Below, piece after piece: positions 10,764 to 21,700 of a stretch of 64,000 nt of DNA. Made by a program: the position numbers and the translations under genes. The stretch lies in the IMG/VR virus record IMGVR_UViG_3300032073_000001. One strand, written 5' to 3'. This DNA comes from an uncultured virus (IMG/VR IMGVR_UViG_3300032073_000001) (Duplodnaviria; Heunggongvirae; Uroviricota; Caudoviricetes). The notes under the pieces are model-generated. The model ran no database searches. It was given only the letters and a program-made list of their open reading frames with translations, and had not been told where the DNA came from. Numbering within the stretch: position 1 is the stretch's first letter; the number at the start of each line of letters is the position of its first letter.

Positions 10764-12272
10764 TTAGTAGGTTCCGCCATCGATTATATTTGACCATGCA
10801 ACTGTTCCGTTAGCTGCACCTTGTAATACATTACCTGCAGCTGAAGATACTCTTTCAGTTGGTGCACTTGTACCGGCACCGACGAGAACAGCATTTGTTG
10901 TAATAGATCTTTTGCCTGTACCACCTTCTTCAACTCTTAAACCACTTCCATGTGATAATTCAACTATACCGCTGACAGTTAATGCATCATCAATAGTGGT
11001 TGTTCCACCAGCAGAATCAATTGTTAAGTTACCCGATGTAGTATCAATTTCATTATCACCAGTGATACCAACTTGAACATTACCTAAATAAGCTCCTCCA
11101 AATTGTGCATCATGCCATGGTGAAGATGCGTTATCTCCTCCTGAGAGATCTTCATCATTAGTAAATACTAATCTTTGTGTTTGAATATCAAATCCAAAGA
11201 AACCTGTTTTAACAGCAGATCCATTATGCCATTTAAAAGCAATACCTCTATCAAGACCATCGGCCGAAGAAGTATTATCACCCAACATCATTGTTGGATC
11301 GTCTAACGTTACTTCTGTTGAATTGACTGAAGTAGTTGTACCGTTAACTGTTAAATTACCAGCTATAACTACTGTATCACTTGTAGCATTACCTAAGGTA
11401 ACGTTACCATTTACTGCTAAAGCATTTGTTACTGTTAAATTATTTGCGATTGTTACGTTACTTGGTAATCCAACTTGTAACGTTACATCTGTACCAGATT
11501 TAGAAGAGACAGTGTCAACTTCGTTTGCAGTACCTATAATTCTTAAATCGTCTGTTAATAGATCAACGTTACCTGTTCCAGAATCACCATCAACTGTTAA
11601 CGCGGTTGCAACTGCAACTACACCTGCGGCTGTTAAACGACCTTGTTGATCAACTGTAAAAGTAGGAATTTGTGTTTGTGAACCATAACTTCCCGGTGTT
11701 ACAGCAGTGTCATCTAAGTCGATGTTAACTGTGTTAGAACTAACAGAAGTTGTAATACCCGTTAGACCATTAAAGTCTAATACTTCGGAATCTAGATCAA
11801 TTGAATCTGAACCAGAATCACCGGTTATATCTAAATCTTGTGCAGTGACTTGAGCATCAATATACGTCTTAGCAGCAAGTGCTGTAACTAATTGAGTATT
11901 AGAAGCACCTGATAAAGTTGTGCTTGTAGATATACTTGTTACTGCTTGACCTGAACCACCACTCGAACCAAGCTGTATACTACCAATTGCAATATCTGAT
12001 ATGTGTTTATTCGCGTCTAATATTACCGCGCTAGATGCAGTTGCTGTACCATGTACATGGTCCAACATTGAGGTAAAATACTTACCACCAATAAGATCGA
12101 CTGCTGCAGAAACTCCACCAGTTTCTGTACCTGTACCGATATATAATCTATCACCGTTATTTGATTGTGTTCCTGCAACCCATGAATAGGCTAATTCACC
12201 TGTTGCGATATTACTTGGGGCAGCGGTGGTTGCTCCAGTATTTAATATCTTTATTCTTGTTAAATTTGCCAT
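10764..12272 (-). CDS. Tail fibre-like structural protein
   Basis: 502 aa; RIKI...P...GELAYS...RLYIG N-terminus, PGSYGS...IPTFTVDQQGRLTAA and GNLTVNGTTT fibre motifs, IDGGTY C-terminus. Confidence 0.75.
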   Translation of the reverse strand: MANLTRIKILNTGATTAAPSNIATGELAYSWVAGTQSNNGDRLYIGTGTETGGVSAAVDLIGGKYFTSMLDHVHGTATASSAVILDANKHISDIAIGSIQLGSSGGSGQAVTSISTSTTLSGASNTQLVTALAAKTYIDAQVTAQDLDITGDSGSDSIDLDSEVLDFNGLTGITTSVSSNTVNIDLDDTAVTPGSYGSQTQIPTFTVDQQGRLTAAGVVAVATALTVDGDSGTGNVDLLTDDLRIIGTANEVDTVSSKSGTDVTLQVGLPSNVTIANNLTVTNALAVNGNVTLGNATSDTVVIAGNLTVNGTTTSVNSTEVTLDDPTMMLGDNTSSADGLDRGIAFKWHNGSAVKTGFFGFDIQTQRLVFTNDEDLSGGDNASSPWHDAQFGGAYLGNVQVGITGDNEIDTTSGNLTIDSAGGTTTIDDALTVSGIVELSHGSGLRVEEGGTGKRSITTNAVLVGAGTSAPTERVSSAAGNVLQGAANGTVAWSNIIDGGTY

Positions 12273-12273
12273 A

Positions 12274-12522
12274 TTAATATGTTCCTGAATTTATATTGAG
12301 GTTTTGTCTCTCAAGATTTGTTGTAATCTCATACTTACCAGTGGTAGCATTAAACTGCATAACCGCACCATCGGTTTGTCCAGCCGTATCTACATTACTA
12401 AGTTCTCCTAAACTAATATCAAATTGTCCAACTTTGGCACTCTGAGCTACTATGGTTTGTTGCGCTTTGGCTTTACCTTTTGTTCTGCTCTGACTATTGA
12501 TCTTAGCTTTTAAATTTGCCAT
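12274..12522 (-). CDS. Small structural protein
   Basis: 82 aa, LSNVD...DGAVMQFNATTGKY motif and INSGTY end similar to the adjacent gene; coupled to neighbours. Confidence 0.65.
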   Translation of the reverse strand: MANLKAKINSQSRTKGKAKAQQTIVAQSAKVGQFDISLGELSNVDTAGQTDGAVMQFNATTGKYEITTNLERQNLNINSGTY

Positions 12523-12854
12523 TATCTTGTTACTCCTGGTGTAACTTCTAATTGTCCTTCTAACACTCTTGTAACTGATCCTCCGCCACTAGTAATTTCT
12601 ACGTCGTATACATACCTACCTGCCACAAGTGCATTTGTTTGAGTAGAAGTTAATGCTAAACTTATTTGTCCTAAAGATGCATTTGATACTGCACCACTAA
12701 AGGCCACAAAAGTAGAAGAATCATAATTCTTTCTTATTTGTCCAGCTACCGTATAACCAGTTAGAACAAGAACATTATCATCGGCATCAGTAATATCTAC
12801 TGTTACGTTAAATGTACTTCCTTGATCGACTGTCAAATTCGATAATATTGCCAT
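12522..12854 (-). CDS. Virion structural protein (BppU/Ig-like adaptor type)
   Basis: 110 aa, NLTVDQGSTF...LTGYTVAGQIRK...AGRYVYDVEIT...RVLEG pattern common in T4-like marine phages. Confidence 0.7.
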   Translation of the reverse strand: MAILSNLTVDQGSTFNVTVDITDADDNVLVLTGYTVAGQIRKNYDSSTFVAFSGAVSNASLGQISLALTSTQTNALVAGRYVYDVEITSGGGSVTRVLEGQLEVTPGVTR

Positions 12855-12868
12855 TAACTTTTACTTCC

Positions 12869-15800
12869 TTAACTATTTATATCTTTTAAATTCTCAACCA
12901 TAGTTCTTAGTTGATTATTTTCTTCTTTTAATTCTTTAATTGCTTCGATGAATAGAGCAGTCATTTGGTTATAATCTACAACCTTATGAGTATCTGTCTT
13001 CTCAATATTTTCTATTTCGGTTACAGCACTTGGTAAAACTTTTTCTACGTTTTGAGCTATAACACCAGCACCTTGTTTACCATCTTTCTTCCAATTAAAT
13101 GTAACACCATTTAATTGTGATACTAGTTCTAAAGCTCCATCTATTTTTTGTACATTATCTTTTAGTTTTAAATCAGAACTAAATGAAGATGTAAAGGCCG
13201 TAATATCACCTTTAACTTTAAAATTTCCACCTTCTTGAAGTTCCATAGCTTCAGTACCATCGACAATCCAATCTATATAGTCTGGTCCTGATGAACCATG
13301 ATCAAAGAAACAATATGTCTCAGCTGCGCCAACATAAACATCAGTATTGCTTCCCTTTCTTTGATCATTAGATAATCTAAAATCAGTTCCAGATAATGTT
13401 ATACCGCCACTTCCAGAGTATGTTGTATTATCATTAGCTGGTGTAGCAAATGATCCATCATTTCTTAAGAATGTGGTGGTTGATGAGCCAAAACCAGCTA
13501 AAGATGTAACAGTAAAGTCTCCAGAACTATATGTTGTATTGGCATCATCTCTCCAACCTGGGTTACCACTTCCATCTGTTTTCCAAACTTTATTTGCGAC
13601 TGCTCCTGGCGCAGATACATAACCTGCTACTGTTTTAGTATTAGCATTCCATGTATTAGGTGGTGTAGCAAATGATCCATCATTTCTTAAGTATGTGCTG
13701 GTTGATGAGCCAAAACCAGCTAAAGATGTAACAGTAAAGTCTCCAGAACTATATGTTGTATTGTCATCTGTTCTCCAGGCTGGAACTCCACTTCCGTTTG
13801 TTTTCCAAACTTTGTTATTGTTTCCAGTTCCTGCAGCTACATAACCCGCATTTGCTGAAGAATTAGCAACCCATGTATTAGTTGGTACAGCAAATGATCC
13901 ATCTTTTCTTAAAAAGTTGTTGCCATGTGTACTATCATATCCGGATAAACTTGTAACAGTAAAGTCTCCAGAACTATATGTTGTATTGGCATCTGTTCTC
14001 CAGCCTGGAACTCCAGATGCATTTGTTTTCCAAACTTTATCTGCGACATTGGTACCTGGTGCAGATACATAACCTGCTACTGTTGCAGTATTTGCTGAAT
14101 CATAGAATTTTACTTTCTTTTCTGCCGCATCAAAATCGACTGTTAATGTTCCGGCACCTTGAAACTCTAATCCATCACCATGACCGATAGAGAATTGATC
14201 TTCACTACCATCATTCTCAATTTGGAAAACTGTATTTTGATGAGTATTATCAGAGTCAGGAATTGTAATAGTCTTTGTTTCTATGTTAGTAACGTGACCT
14301 CTAGCATTTACCGTAATACCACCAATCGCTGTGAATGTTGAACCATAACCAGGAGTCGCAGTTGTTGTTGTAGCCGTTCTTGTTACATCTTTATGAGTAA
14401 ACTCTAGATCGTAAGGATCGGCATCACTACCGTTATCTGTATCAGTCCAATTAATATCAATTTCATGACCTTCAACAAATTTCCATTCTTTACCTTGAAT
14501 AATTGTAACTTCTGTACCATCACCGTCTTCAACTTGGAACGATCGTATATATCTACTATCAAAATCGTCTGAAGATGCGGCAGTAACATGACCCATATTA
14601 TCAACTGTAATTGATTTTACATATGTTCCATCGGCCGTACTGCTTTGGCCAGTAGTACCTGCACCTGGTCCGGCTAGATCATGATCAAACTCAGTACCAT
14701 TTAATGTAAGCTGACGACCTGCAGTATATGTTGTATTATCGTTTTGAGAAGTCCAAGTAAATGTTCCAGTAGGGCTTTCAGTAATTGTTACATAATTTCC
14801 TGCAGCAAGAGTAACTTGACCAGATCTATGATTATTAGCTTTTCCAACCGTTGTTCCTGCACCAATCGTTGTCCATGTGAAACCGCCTGTTGTTGAATTA
14901 TATGATAATACTTGACCATTTGTCGCACCATTTGAAGCTTTAAGATGTCTTTCGTATATTAACTCTGCCGCTAAATCTGCATGTAGTGTGTTTGCGTCAG
15001 GATTATAATAAATACTATTAGCATTATCAGTTGCTAATCCTGCATAACCTGTACCTGTAGTTTGAGTTTCTTTAAAGACTAATGGATAATTATTTGATGC
15101 AATAACATTGCTAAGCTTAATGTGATCTGCATTTGTGGCAGAAGAAGCATTACCAATAAAGCTTGTTGCTTCGATTGATTTGTTGGCTACGAGCTTAGTT
15201 CCACTATGTGAATAGTTAAATGTAGCAGCACCAGAATATTCACCGAATGTGATACCTGTACCATTATTTGCAGCAGTTGTTGTTGCACCTTTGCCTAATA
15301 GAATATTTTTATCTGTGATGGCAACATCTGCAGTAGTTGTTGTTGTAAATGTGCCTGCAACCGTAAGATCACCCGCAACACTTAAATCACCTGAAACAGC
15401 AGTATCATCATCAGTTGAATTACCTAAGTTAACATTTCCTTGTGTACTTAAAACGCCTTTAACTAAGACATTATTATCGAATGTTCCAACACCGGTAACA
15501 TCTAATGTTCCAGCAAGATCTACATTATCATTTAAGTTAGCTGTTATTCCATTCGTTTGTGTGGTTGTAGTAATGTTAGTTCCACCAGAAATTTCTAATA
15601 CTTCTGTTAGAAGATCAACCGCATTATCTCCAGAACCGTCTGAAGAGATTGTTAATGCTGTTGCAATATTTCTATTAACAGCAGAAGTTATTCTACCTTT
15701 TGCATCAATCGCTATTTCTGGTATTGCCGTAGTAGAACCATATGTGGCAGCGGTCACACCTGAATTATTTAGATGTAAATTAAATCCTTCTGAATCTGTC

Positions 15801-18541
15801 GTAGCTGTCCATGCTCCATAAACCTCTGTACTTCCTGTTGAAGCAGTTTGATTTTTAAGTAAATCTTTTGCATTGTAGAATGTTACAATGTCTGTTGTAT
15901 TTGCTACTGGAGTTGCAGCGTTACTGAATCCTTTTAATTGCCATGCTCTGTGAGATGCATTATTACCACCTGTTGCAACCTTAGTTTCTCTCCATTGAAG
16001 CTTAGCATCTTCGGTCGCAGAAATTGTTACACCTGTAATTGCAGATCTATCAACCTCTAAACCTTCTAAGTTAGCTGCTCCAGCAATTGTGATAAATGCT
16101 GTTTCATATGTAAGTGAACCACCACCTGCTCCACCAACTATTAGTGTTCCATCAATATCTAATGTCGCATTACTTCCGATCTTAACGGTCTTGGAACCAC
16201 CGAATGTAATATTACCTGCAGTTGTTTGTGTACCAGTATTATTTAGATCTAAGTATGTAGTCTGTAAATCTAAGATATCGGCATCATTACTATTAATATT
16301 AGTTTCTAATTCATTGATTGCATCAACAATCGAAGTTTTATCGGTTGTTGTTAATGATGCGAGTGTACGTTTAGTACCACCTTCTGCATTAAAGAGATCT
16401 GCTTCTAATTCGTTAATCGCATCTGATAATGTCGTTGCAGTTGTAGTGAGTGCTTGACCTACTTCAACTTTAGTTTGTAGTGCAACAACATCTGTACTTA
16501 AACTACTTAATACACCCGATACTGTCGTAGCACCATGAGTACCTACACTATTTAATATTGTATTTGTGACACCTATTTCTGCATTTAATGCAATGACCGC
16601 ATCAGTAATATTACTTGTACCAGTTGTTGCATGATTAGCTAATGGTGCAACTGCACTACCACCTAAACCAACTTCATCATGTAATTCGTTAAGGGCTAAT
16701 TTAACATTATTTCTATTTGTGAACTTTGTATTTAATTGACCAACATCAAGAATACCACCGATAGTAGTATTACCAGTTACGCCTAATGTACTTCGAAGAG
16801 TAGTTGCACCCAGTACATCAAGTGTTGAATCAATATCAGTAGCACCATCAATATTAACAGTACCAGTTAAGAGTGTATTAACGCTAACAGTTAAATCACC
16901 AGAAATAGTTGTATCATCGCCAGTACCATTACCTAAGAAGTTACTAGATCTTGTATTTAATTGTCCAATTAAAGTAGTTGCGCCGTCAACATTAAGAGTA
17001 GTATCTAAATCAGTTGCGCCAGTTACGTGCAGTGTGCCATCAACAGTAGATTCATCAAGAGTTGTAACACCATCAACGTTTAAATCTCCGTCAATTTGTG
17101 TATTACCGGTTCCAGCTGTAACATTAAACTTCGAAGCACCTACCTCAAAATTACCATCAACATCCAGTGTTCCAGCGAATGTAGCATTTGCTCCACTACC
17201 TGTTAGCATTGTAGAAGTGCCAGATCTAATGAGTAAATCACCGCCAGAATTAGTTAAAGAACCAAATGAAGAACCAGTGTCAGTATTTAAATTTATATCA
17301 CCACCAGCTGCATCTAATGTAATATCGCCAGATGAATTTATTGTAAAGTTTCCAGATGTAATATTAAATGCGTTTGATCCTGCACTAATCTCATGTGTTG
17401 ATGCATCGAATACGCCCTCAATTTCGTTAACTGCACCAATTAATCCGTGAGCAGTCTGTGCTGTTGTTAATGTATAGTTACTTAAACTACCTCGTACGGC
17501 AGTTTCTATTTCGTTAATAGACGAAACTAAATTATTCTTTGCGGTTGTATCTAGTGTTGTGATATCTCCAATATCACCTTGAATTTCTGTAATACCCGTG
17601 ACAACTGATGTTGCGCTATAACCAGCTGCATCATTGATAGCAGTAACATCACCAATATCTACCTGTAACTCGTTAATTGCATCTACTGTATTACTCGCAT
17701 CAATTTTAATTACATTACCTGCAGCGGCCGGTGTATATAATTCAATTAGATGGCCATAAGAATAATCAACTGGAGTACCTGCAGTTATTTTATTTGCAGC
17801 AATTTGATTTGATGTTCCAGTATTACCATCAACTTTTAATATTTCACCTGCATTAAATGAACCAACATTACTTTTTAATCTGATTGTTGTAGATGTAATA
17901 TCATACATCGTACCTTGCCATGTAGCGTTTGCTAAATCTGCACCTTGATATAGTGTAGCACCTTCGTTAAATGTGGCAGGAAGAGCAGGAGATCCCGTTA
18001 ATGTAATTGTAAAATGCCAATTAACAACATGGAAACCTTGAGCTGTAATACTTTGTGATTGCTCTGTTCCATTCTTATAAACTTTCATAACAGCAATAGG
18101 ATATGATTCACTTACGACTCTCGAAACATTCGCCGCTGTGATATCATCTGAGCCTACTGTTATTTTTTGTGAAGCATTAAATGTTCCGCTTGCGTTTTTA
18201 ACTGCAATCTTTTTCGTACCTAATACACCGACAATCGTTGCAGTAAATCCACCAGTTTGAGATACAGTTGCATTAACTACATATGATGCAGGAACTGTAG
18301 GATTATTTTTAAGTATGATATATCCATTTGGATTATCTAATACATTTTCATTTGATAATTCAAATCTTGTTCCGGCAAATACATAATCTCCTGCGCTTGC
18401 AGTAGTAGAATATTCTTTATCAGCAATCAGCGAATTAAAATCGTGTACATCGCCGACACGTAAAGATATTTCATTATCTTTTTGCCTCCACTGTTCGAAG
18501 GTATTTGTTTTAAGTATTCTTGTTTCGTTTTTAATTGCCAT
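12869..18541 (-). CDS. Long tail fibre with C-terminal peptidase S74 intramolecular chaperone
   Basis: 1890 aa; [12 protein letters not shown]-terminus, repeated AINEL coiled segments, C-terminal SDLKLKDNV...LNGVTFNWK...[12 protein letters not shown]...VDY...EAIKEL. Confidence 0.88.
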   Translation of the reverse strand: MAIKNETRILKTNTFEQWRQKDNEISLRVGDVHDFNSLIADKEYSTTASAGDYVFAGTRFELSNENVLDNPNGYIILKNNPTVPASYVVNATVSQTGGFTATIVGVLGTKKIAVKNASGTFNASQKITVGSDDITAANVSRVVSESYPIAVMKVYKNGTEQSQSITAQGFHVVNWHFTITLTGSPALPATFNEGATLYQGADLANATWQGTMYDITSTTIRLKSNVGSFNAGEILKVDGNTGTSNQIAANKITAGTPVDYSYGHLIELYTPAAAGNVIKIDASNTVDAINELQVDIGDVTAINDAAGYSATSVVTGITEIQGDIGDITTLDTTAKNNLVSSINEIETAVRGSLSNYTLTTAQTAHGLIGAVNEIEGVFDASTHEISAGSNAFNITSGNFTINSSGDITLDAAGGDINLNTDTGSSFGSLTNSGGDLLIRSGTSTMLTGSGANATFAGTLDVDGNFEVGASKFNVTAGTGNTQIDGDLNVDGVTTLDESTVDGTLHVTGATDLDTTLNVDGATTLIGQLNTRSSNFLGNGTGDDTTISGDLTVSVNTLLTGTVNIDGATDIDSTLDVLGATTLRSTLGVTGNTTIGGILDVGQLNTKFTNRNNVKLALNELHDEVGLGGSAVAPLANHATTGTSNITDAVIALNAEIGVTNTILNSVGTHGATTVSGVLSSLSTDVVALQTKVEVGQALTTTATTLSDAINELEADLFNAEGGTKRTLASLTTTDKTSIVDAINELETNINSNDADILDLQTTYLDLNNTGTQTTAGNITFGGSKTVKIGSNATLDIDGTLIVGGAGGGSLTYETAFITIAGAANLEGLEVDRSAITGVTISATEDAKLQWRETKVATGGNNASHRAWQLKGFSNAATPVANTTDIVTFYNAKDLLKNQTASTGSTEVYGAWTATTDSEGFNLHLNNSGVTAATYGSTTAIPEIAIDAKGRITSAVNRNIATALTISSDGSGDNAVDLLTEVLEISGGTNITTTTQTNGITANLNDNVDLAGTLDVTGVGTFDNNVLVKGVLSTQGNVNLGNSTDDDTAVSGDLSVAGDLTVAGTFTTTTTADVAITDKNILLGKGATTTAANNGTGITFGEYSGAATFNYSHSGTKLVANKSIEATSFIGNASSATNADHIKLSNVIASNNYPLVFKETQTTGTGYAGLATDNANSIYYNPDANTLHADLAAELIYERHLKASNGATNGQVLSYNSTTGGFTWTTIGAGTTVGKANNHRSGQVTLAAGNYVTITESPTGTFTWTSQNDNTTYTAGRQLTLNGTEFDHDLAGPGAGTTGQSSTADGTYVKSITVDNMGHVTAASSDDFDSRYIRSFQVEDGDGTEVTIIQGKEWKFVEGHEIDINWTDTDNGSDADPYDLEFTHKDVTRTATTTTATPGYGSTFTAIGGITVNARGHVTNIETKTITIPDSDNTHQNTVFQIENDGSEDQFSIGHGDGLEFQGAGTLTVDFDAAEKKVKFYDSANTATVAGYVSAPGTNVADKVWKTNASGVPGWRTDANTTYSSGDFTVTSLSGYDSTHGNNFLRKDGSFAVPTNTWVANSSANAGYVAAGTGNNNKVWKTNGSGVPAWRTDDNTTYSSGDFTVTSLAGFGSSTSTYLRNDGSFATPPNTWNANTKTVAGYVSAPGAVANKVWKTDGSGNPGWRDDANTTYSSGDFTVTSLAGFGSSTTTFLRNDGSFATPANDNTTYSGSGGITLSGTDFRLSNDQRKGSNTDVYVGAAETYCFFDHGSSGPDYIDWIVDGTEAMELQEGGNFKVKGDITAFTSSFSSDLKLKDNVQKIDGALELVSQLNGVTFNWKKDGKQGAGVIAQNVEKVLPSAVTEIENIEKTDTHKVVDYNQMTALFIEAIKELKEENNQLRTMVENLKDINS
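12874..12881 (-). promoter_or_regulatory. T4-type late promoter TATAAATA
   Basis: Exact consensus in the last codons of the long fibre, upstream of 12522..12854. Confidence 0.75.
13441..14085. repeat. Three tandem ~222-225 bp repeats (74-75 aa) in long fibre
   Basis: GTAACAGTAAAGTCTCCAGAACTATATGTTGTATTG recurs at 13506, 13728 and 13953; CAAATGATCC at 13447, 13669 and 13891. Confidence 0.92.
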
Positions 18542-18759
18542 TATTTACTCGCCATTTTTTTTAGTAGACTCTTAATTTCTGCCATATCCTTTTTAAGAAC
18601 TTCTATATCTGCCGTTTGCTGTTCGTCTAATTTAGCTTTTTCTATTCTTGCTAATCTAGCTTCGTAAGCATTCTTATTAGTATTTATAATCGCTCCTGAT
18701 GCAACATCTCTAACTAAATCGATATTATCTTCAACTTGAATTGTTTTCTTCTTTGTCAT
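18541..18759 (-). CDS. Conserved small T4-like phage protein
   Basis: 72 aa, LVRD..SGAIIN motif plus coiled-coil tail; coupled to the long fibre. Confidence 0.7.
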   Translation of the reverse strand: MTKKKTIQVEDNIDLVRDVASGAIINTNKNAYEARLARIEKAKLDEQQTADIEVLKKDMAEIKSLLKKMASK

Positions 18760-18767
18760 AATTTATC

Positions 18768-21700
18768 CTATGTAGTTGCAATTGCTCTTAAGTCTGTGCA
18801 TGTCGGAACGTTCGAACTGTTTGTTGATCTTAAAACAATCTTAAATGCGAATCTTGTAAACTTACCAATCGGAGGATTGATTGCGTAATGTGCTTCTGAA
18901 TATCTACCGTTATCATTAATAGGTATTGCAACTTCAGGAGCATCTAATACCCATGGAAGTGTATCAAAACTAACATCATTACCAGATTCTTGTACTTTAT
19001 AATATACATCTATATTTGTTCCAGCTGGTCTATTTACTCCTAAATATAAGTCAATTAAATCTGCTTCATTCGCAAGCTCAACTGTTCGAGTAATATAATT
19101 TGCAATTGAAGATGTACCATTAGCCACAGTCTCTGCAACAAGTGCACCTTGTTTTACATTTGTATAATTACTAGCGTTTGCAATAGGATCATTAATTAAA
19201 TTTTCTACACATATTAATGATGCTCTATTTAAATCTATCACAGGTGATATTCTATCGTTTGCACCATTTTCTAATTCTATTCTAATAATAGCACCTTTAC
19301 CGGTTGAAAGATCTGATTCAATAGTTGAACTAGGAATAGCTCCAGGTACATTAGGTATAAAGTTTTTATTTAAAAGAATTTCTTCTTCTGCTACACTATT
19401 AAATGCTGTTTGTGATCCGTCAACTGTACAACCAGTTTTTGAAGTAATATATGCCTTTAAGCTTGTACCAGGTACTTGAAGATTTTCTACGTACGGTCTT
19501 AGTACATTATAAACTTGATTTTCTGTAGCCGTTAATGGGGCATCGCCAGCTTTTGTACCACCTACAATTCCAGTTGTTGTACATGCAACTCCTGTTATTG
19601 TGATGATATATGAATTCAATGCCTTTGAATCAGTTTTAATTGTATGAGTAGTATTTAAATGTGCAGCAGTTAAACCGTTTTCTGCGGCAAATCCGGCAAG
19701 CGTAACTTTACTTGTTCCAGATCCATACATACCATGATTCTTATGGTGTACTCTTATTTCCGTATTAGTCGAATTTGTTAAATACTCTAAAGGTGTAACT
19801 CCTAAATCATGAGGAGGTATCACATCGTTATTTAAAATAATCTCTGCCTTATCTCCAGTAAATACACATCTATTTAAAATAAACTTAAGATCTTTTGTTT
19901 GTTCAGGCGTCCATGTTGAGGCATTAGCAGAAGTAAAGAATACACCATTATATGGTTGTTTAGTAACTCTAAATGTTGTATCAGTTAAATCAAATCCTCC
20001 AACTTCAGATACATAAACTTTATAAACATCCGAATTAGCAATAAGTACTACACAATATTCTGTATCTCTTTCTAAATAAACCGGATAATCAAAAGGAATT
20101 GTTGTAACAGTAGATGCATCTGCAGATATATTAACATCTCCAGGATAAACGACTACATCAGAACCTGGAACTATGTTTTGTGTAGGAACTCCGTTCTCTA
20201 CAGATCTAATTGAAACTTGAACTGGAATAGCTGCATCTTTAGCATTAAAATATAATCCAATACTTTTCGCAAATATACCTGTTTCTGCAGGAGGACTTCC
20301 TTCTGTATAAGTTGTATTAGTCTTTCCATCTACAACAAACGTTTGTGCAAGAGGATCATACCATTTAACTAGTTCATTAGTTGTAGATGTAGTTGTTTTT
20401 TCTACTACACCACCGTTTTCTGATATCTCTCTTGTTACAAGTCTAGGAACTTTAGTCGCAATGATTGTTCTTTGATGTATTTCAAGTAAACCTTGTGCAT
20501 GGAAAGATGCACTCGCATGTGTTTCTGCATCTGGTCCATTGATCGATGAATCTGTAATTTTAAATGTTTTAACGCCTGTTCTAAATTTTAATATATCATT
20601 TCTAGGTATAATAAATTGGCCAACGCATCTTCCTGCTGGATCAGTAATTAGTGAACCACCTTCTGTGGCAAACGTACTCGAATTAACGAACGTTGTTTGA
20701 TTTTCAAAAGTAATTACTGATGTCTCATCTGAAAATTCTTTAAAGTCTGCATCAACATGAGCAGATCCAGAAGAATATGCAGATTGTTTACAATACGCAG
20801 TAATATCAACTCCGCCAAAGAATGCATACATTCTTGTTTCTGGTTTTAATAGTTCGGCATCAAACGAAATCTTACGTGATCTCATAAAAGGTATAAAGTT
20901 AGTTTCAACTACATAGTTACCAACTTCTTTCTTAACTAGATCTGACGTAATTGATGTTGTTAATCCTGATCTTGATTGATTTCCTGTTAATGTGGTTGCA
21001 GTAGTAGTTGTTTTAATCTGAGCTCTTCTACCATTTCCGTTTAAAAATCCCATAGCTTGAGCTTCTTCATTTCTTACATTTGTATTGACTGATGATGACG
21101 TTACATCTTTACCTGTCCAATTGGTTTCCCATTCATTCCATACAGTACCTAATATTCCTTGTGCTTCTGCCATGGCAACAAACTGATCATATATACTATT
21201 ATCATCGTGTATAATATCTGGTCTTACATCAACTTCTTTCCATTCATCAGATTCTGGAGAAAGTTTCATAGAACCTTCCCACACAAACACATTATATGGA
21301 TTAATAAATTCAGCATACGTAGAGTATGGTTGAGTAATATGTGGGGTTGTAGTGTGAGGCATTGTTACAATACCTCCTTTTGTAGATTTAATTGCCTTAG
21401 CATCTACACCATTTGCTGCACCTGCACTTGAGACACTATTTGTTTGATCACTCGTGGCTCGCACAAGATTAATAGCTCTCTCATCAAACTTAGGTCTTAA
21501 TGTGCCGGTTTCTTTATCAATGGAAACCAAATAATCAGGAAGTGAACTGTTACCCATGTTATGTCCATAAAAACCATCTACAATAAATCCATTTTTAAAT
21601 CTACTTGTACCTGAACCATCGTTTGCAATAAAATCAATTTGTGATGCAGATTTTTCTAACATAGAAAGAGATGTGTAATATTCTAGGTTCTTAACTCTTT

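Noticed and set aside
13441..14085. Possible diversity-generating retroelement template/variable repeats
   Set aside because: Repeats are tandem and in-frame within one gene, differences are not adenine-specific, and no reverse transcriptase is in the window
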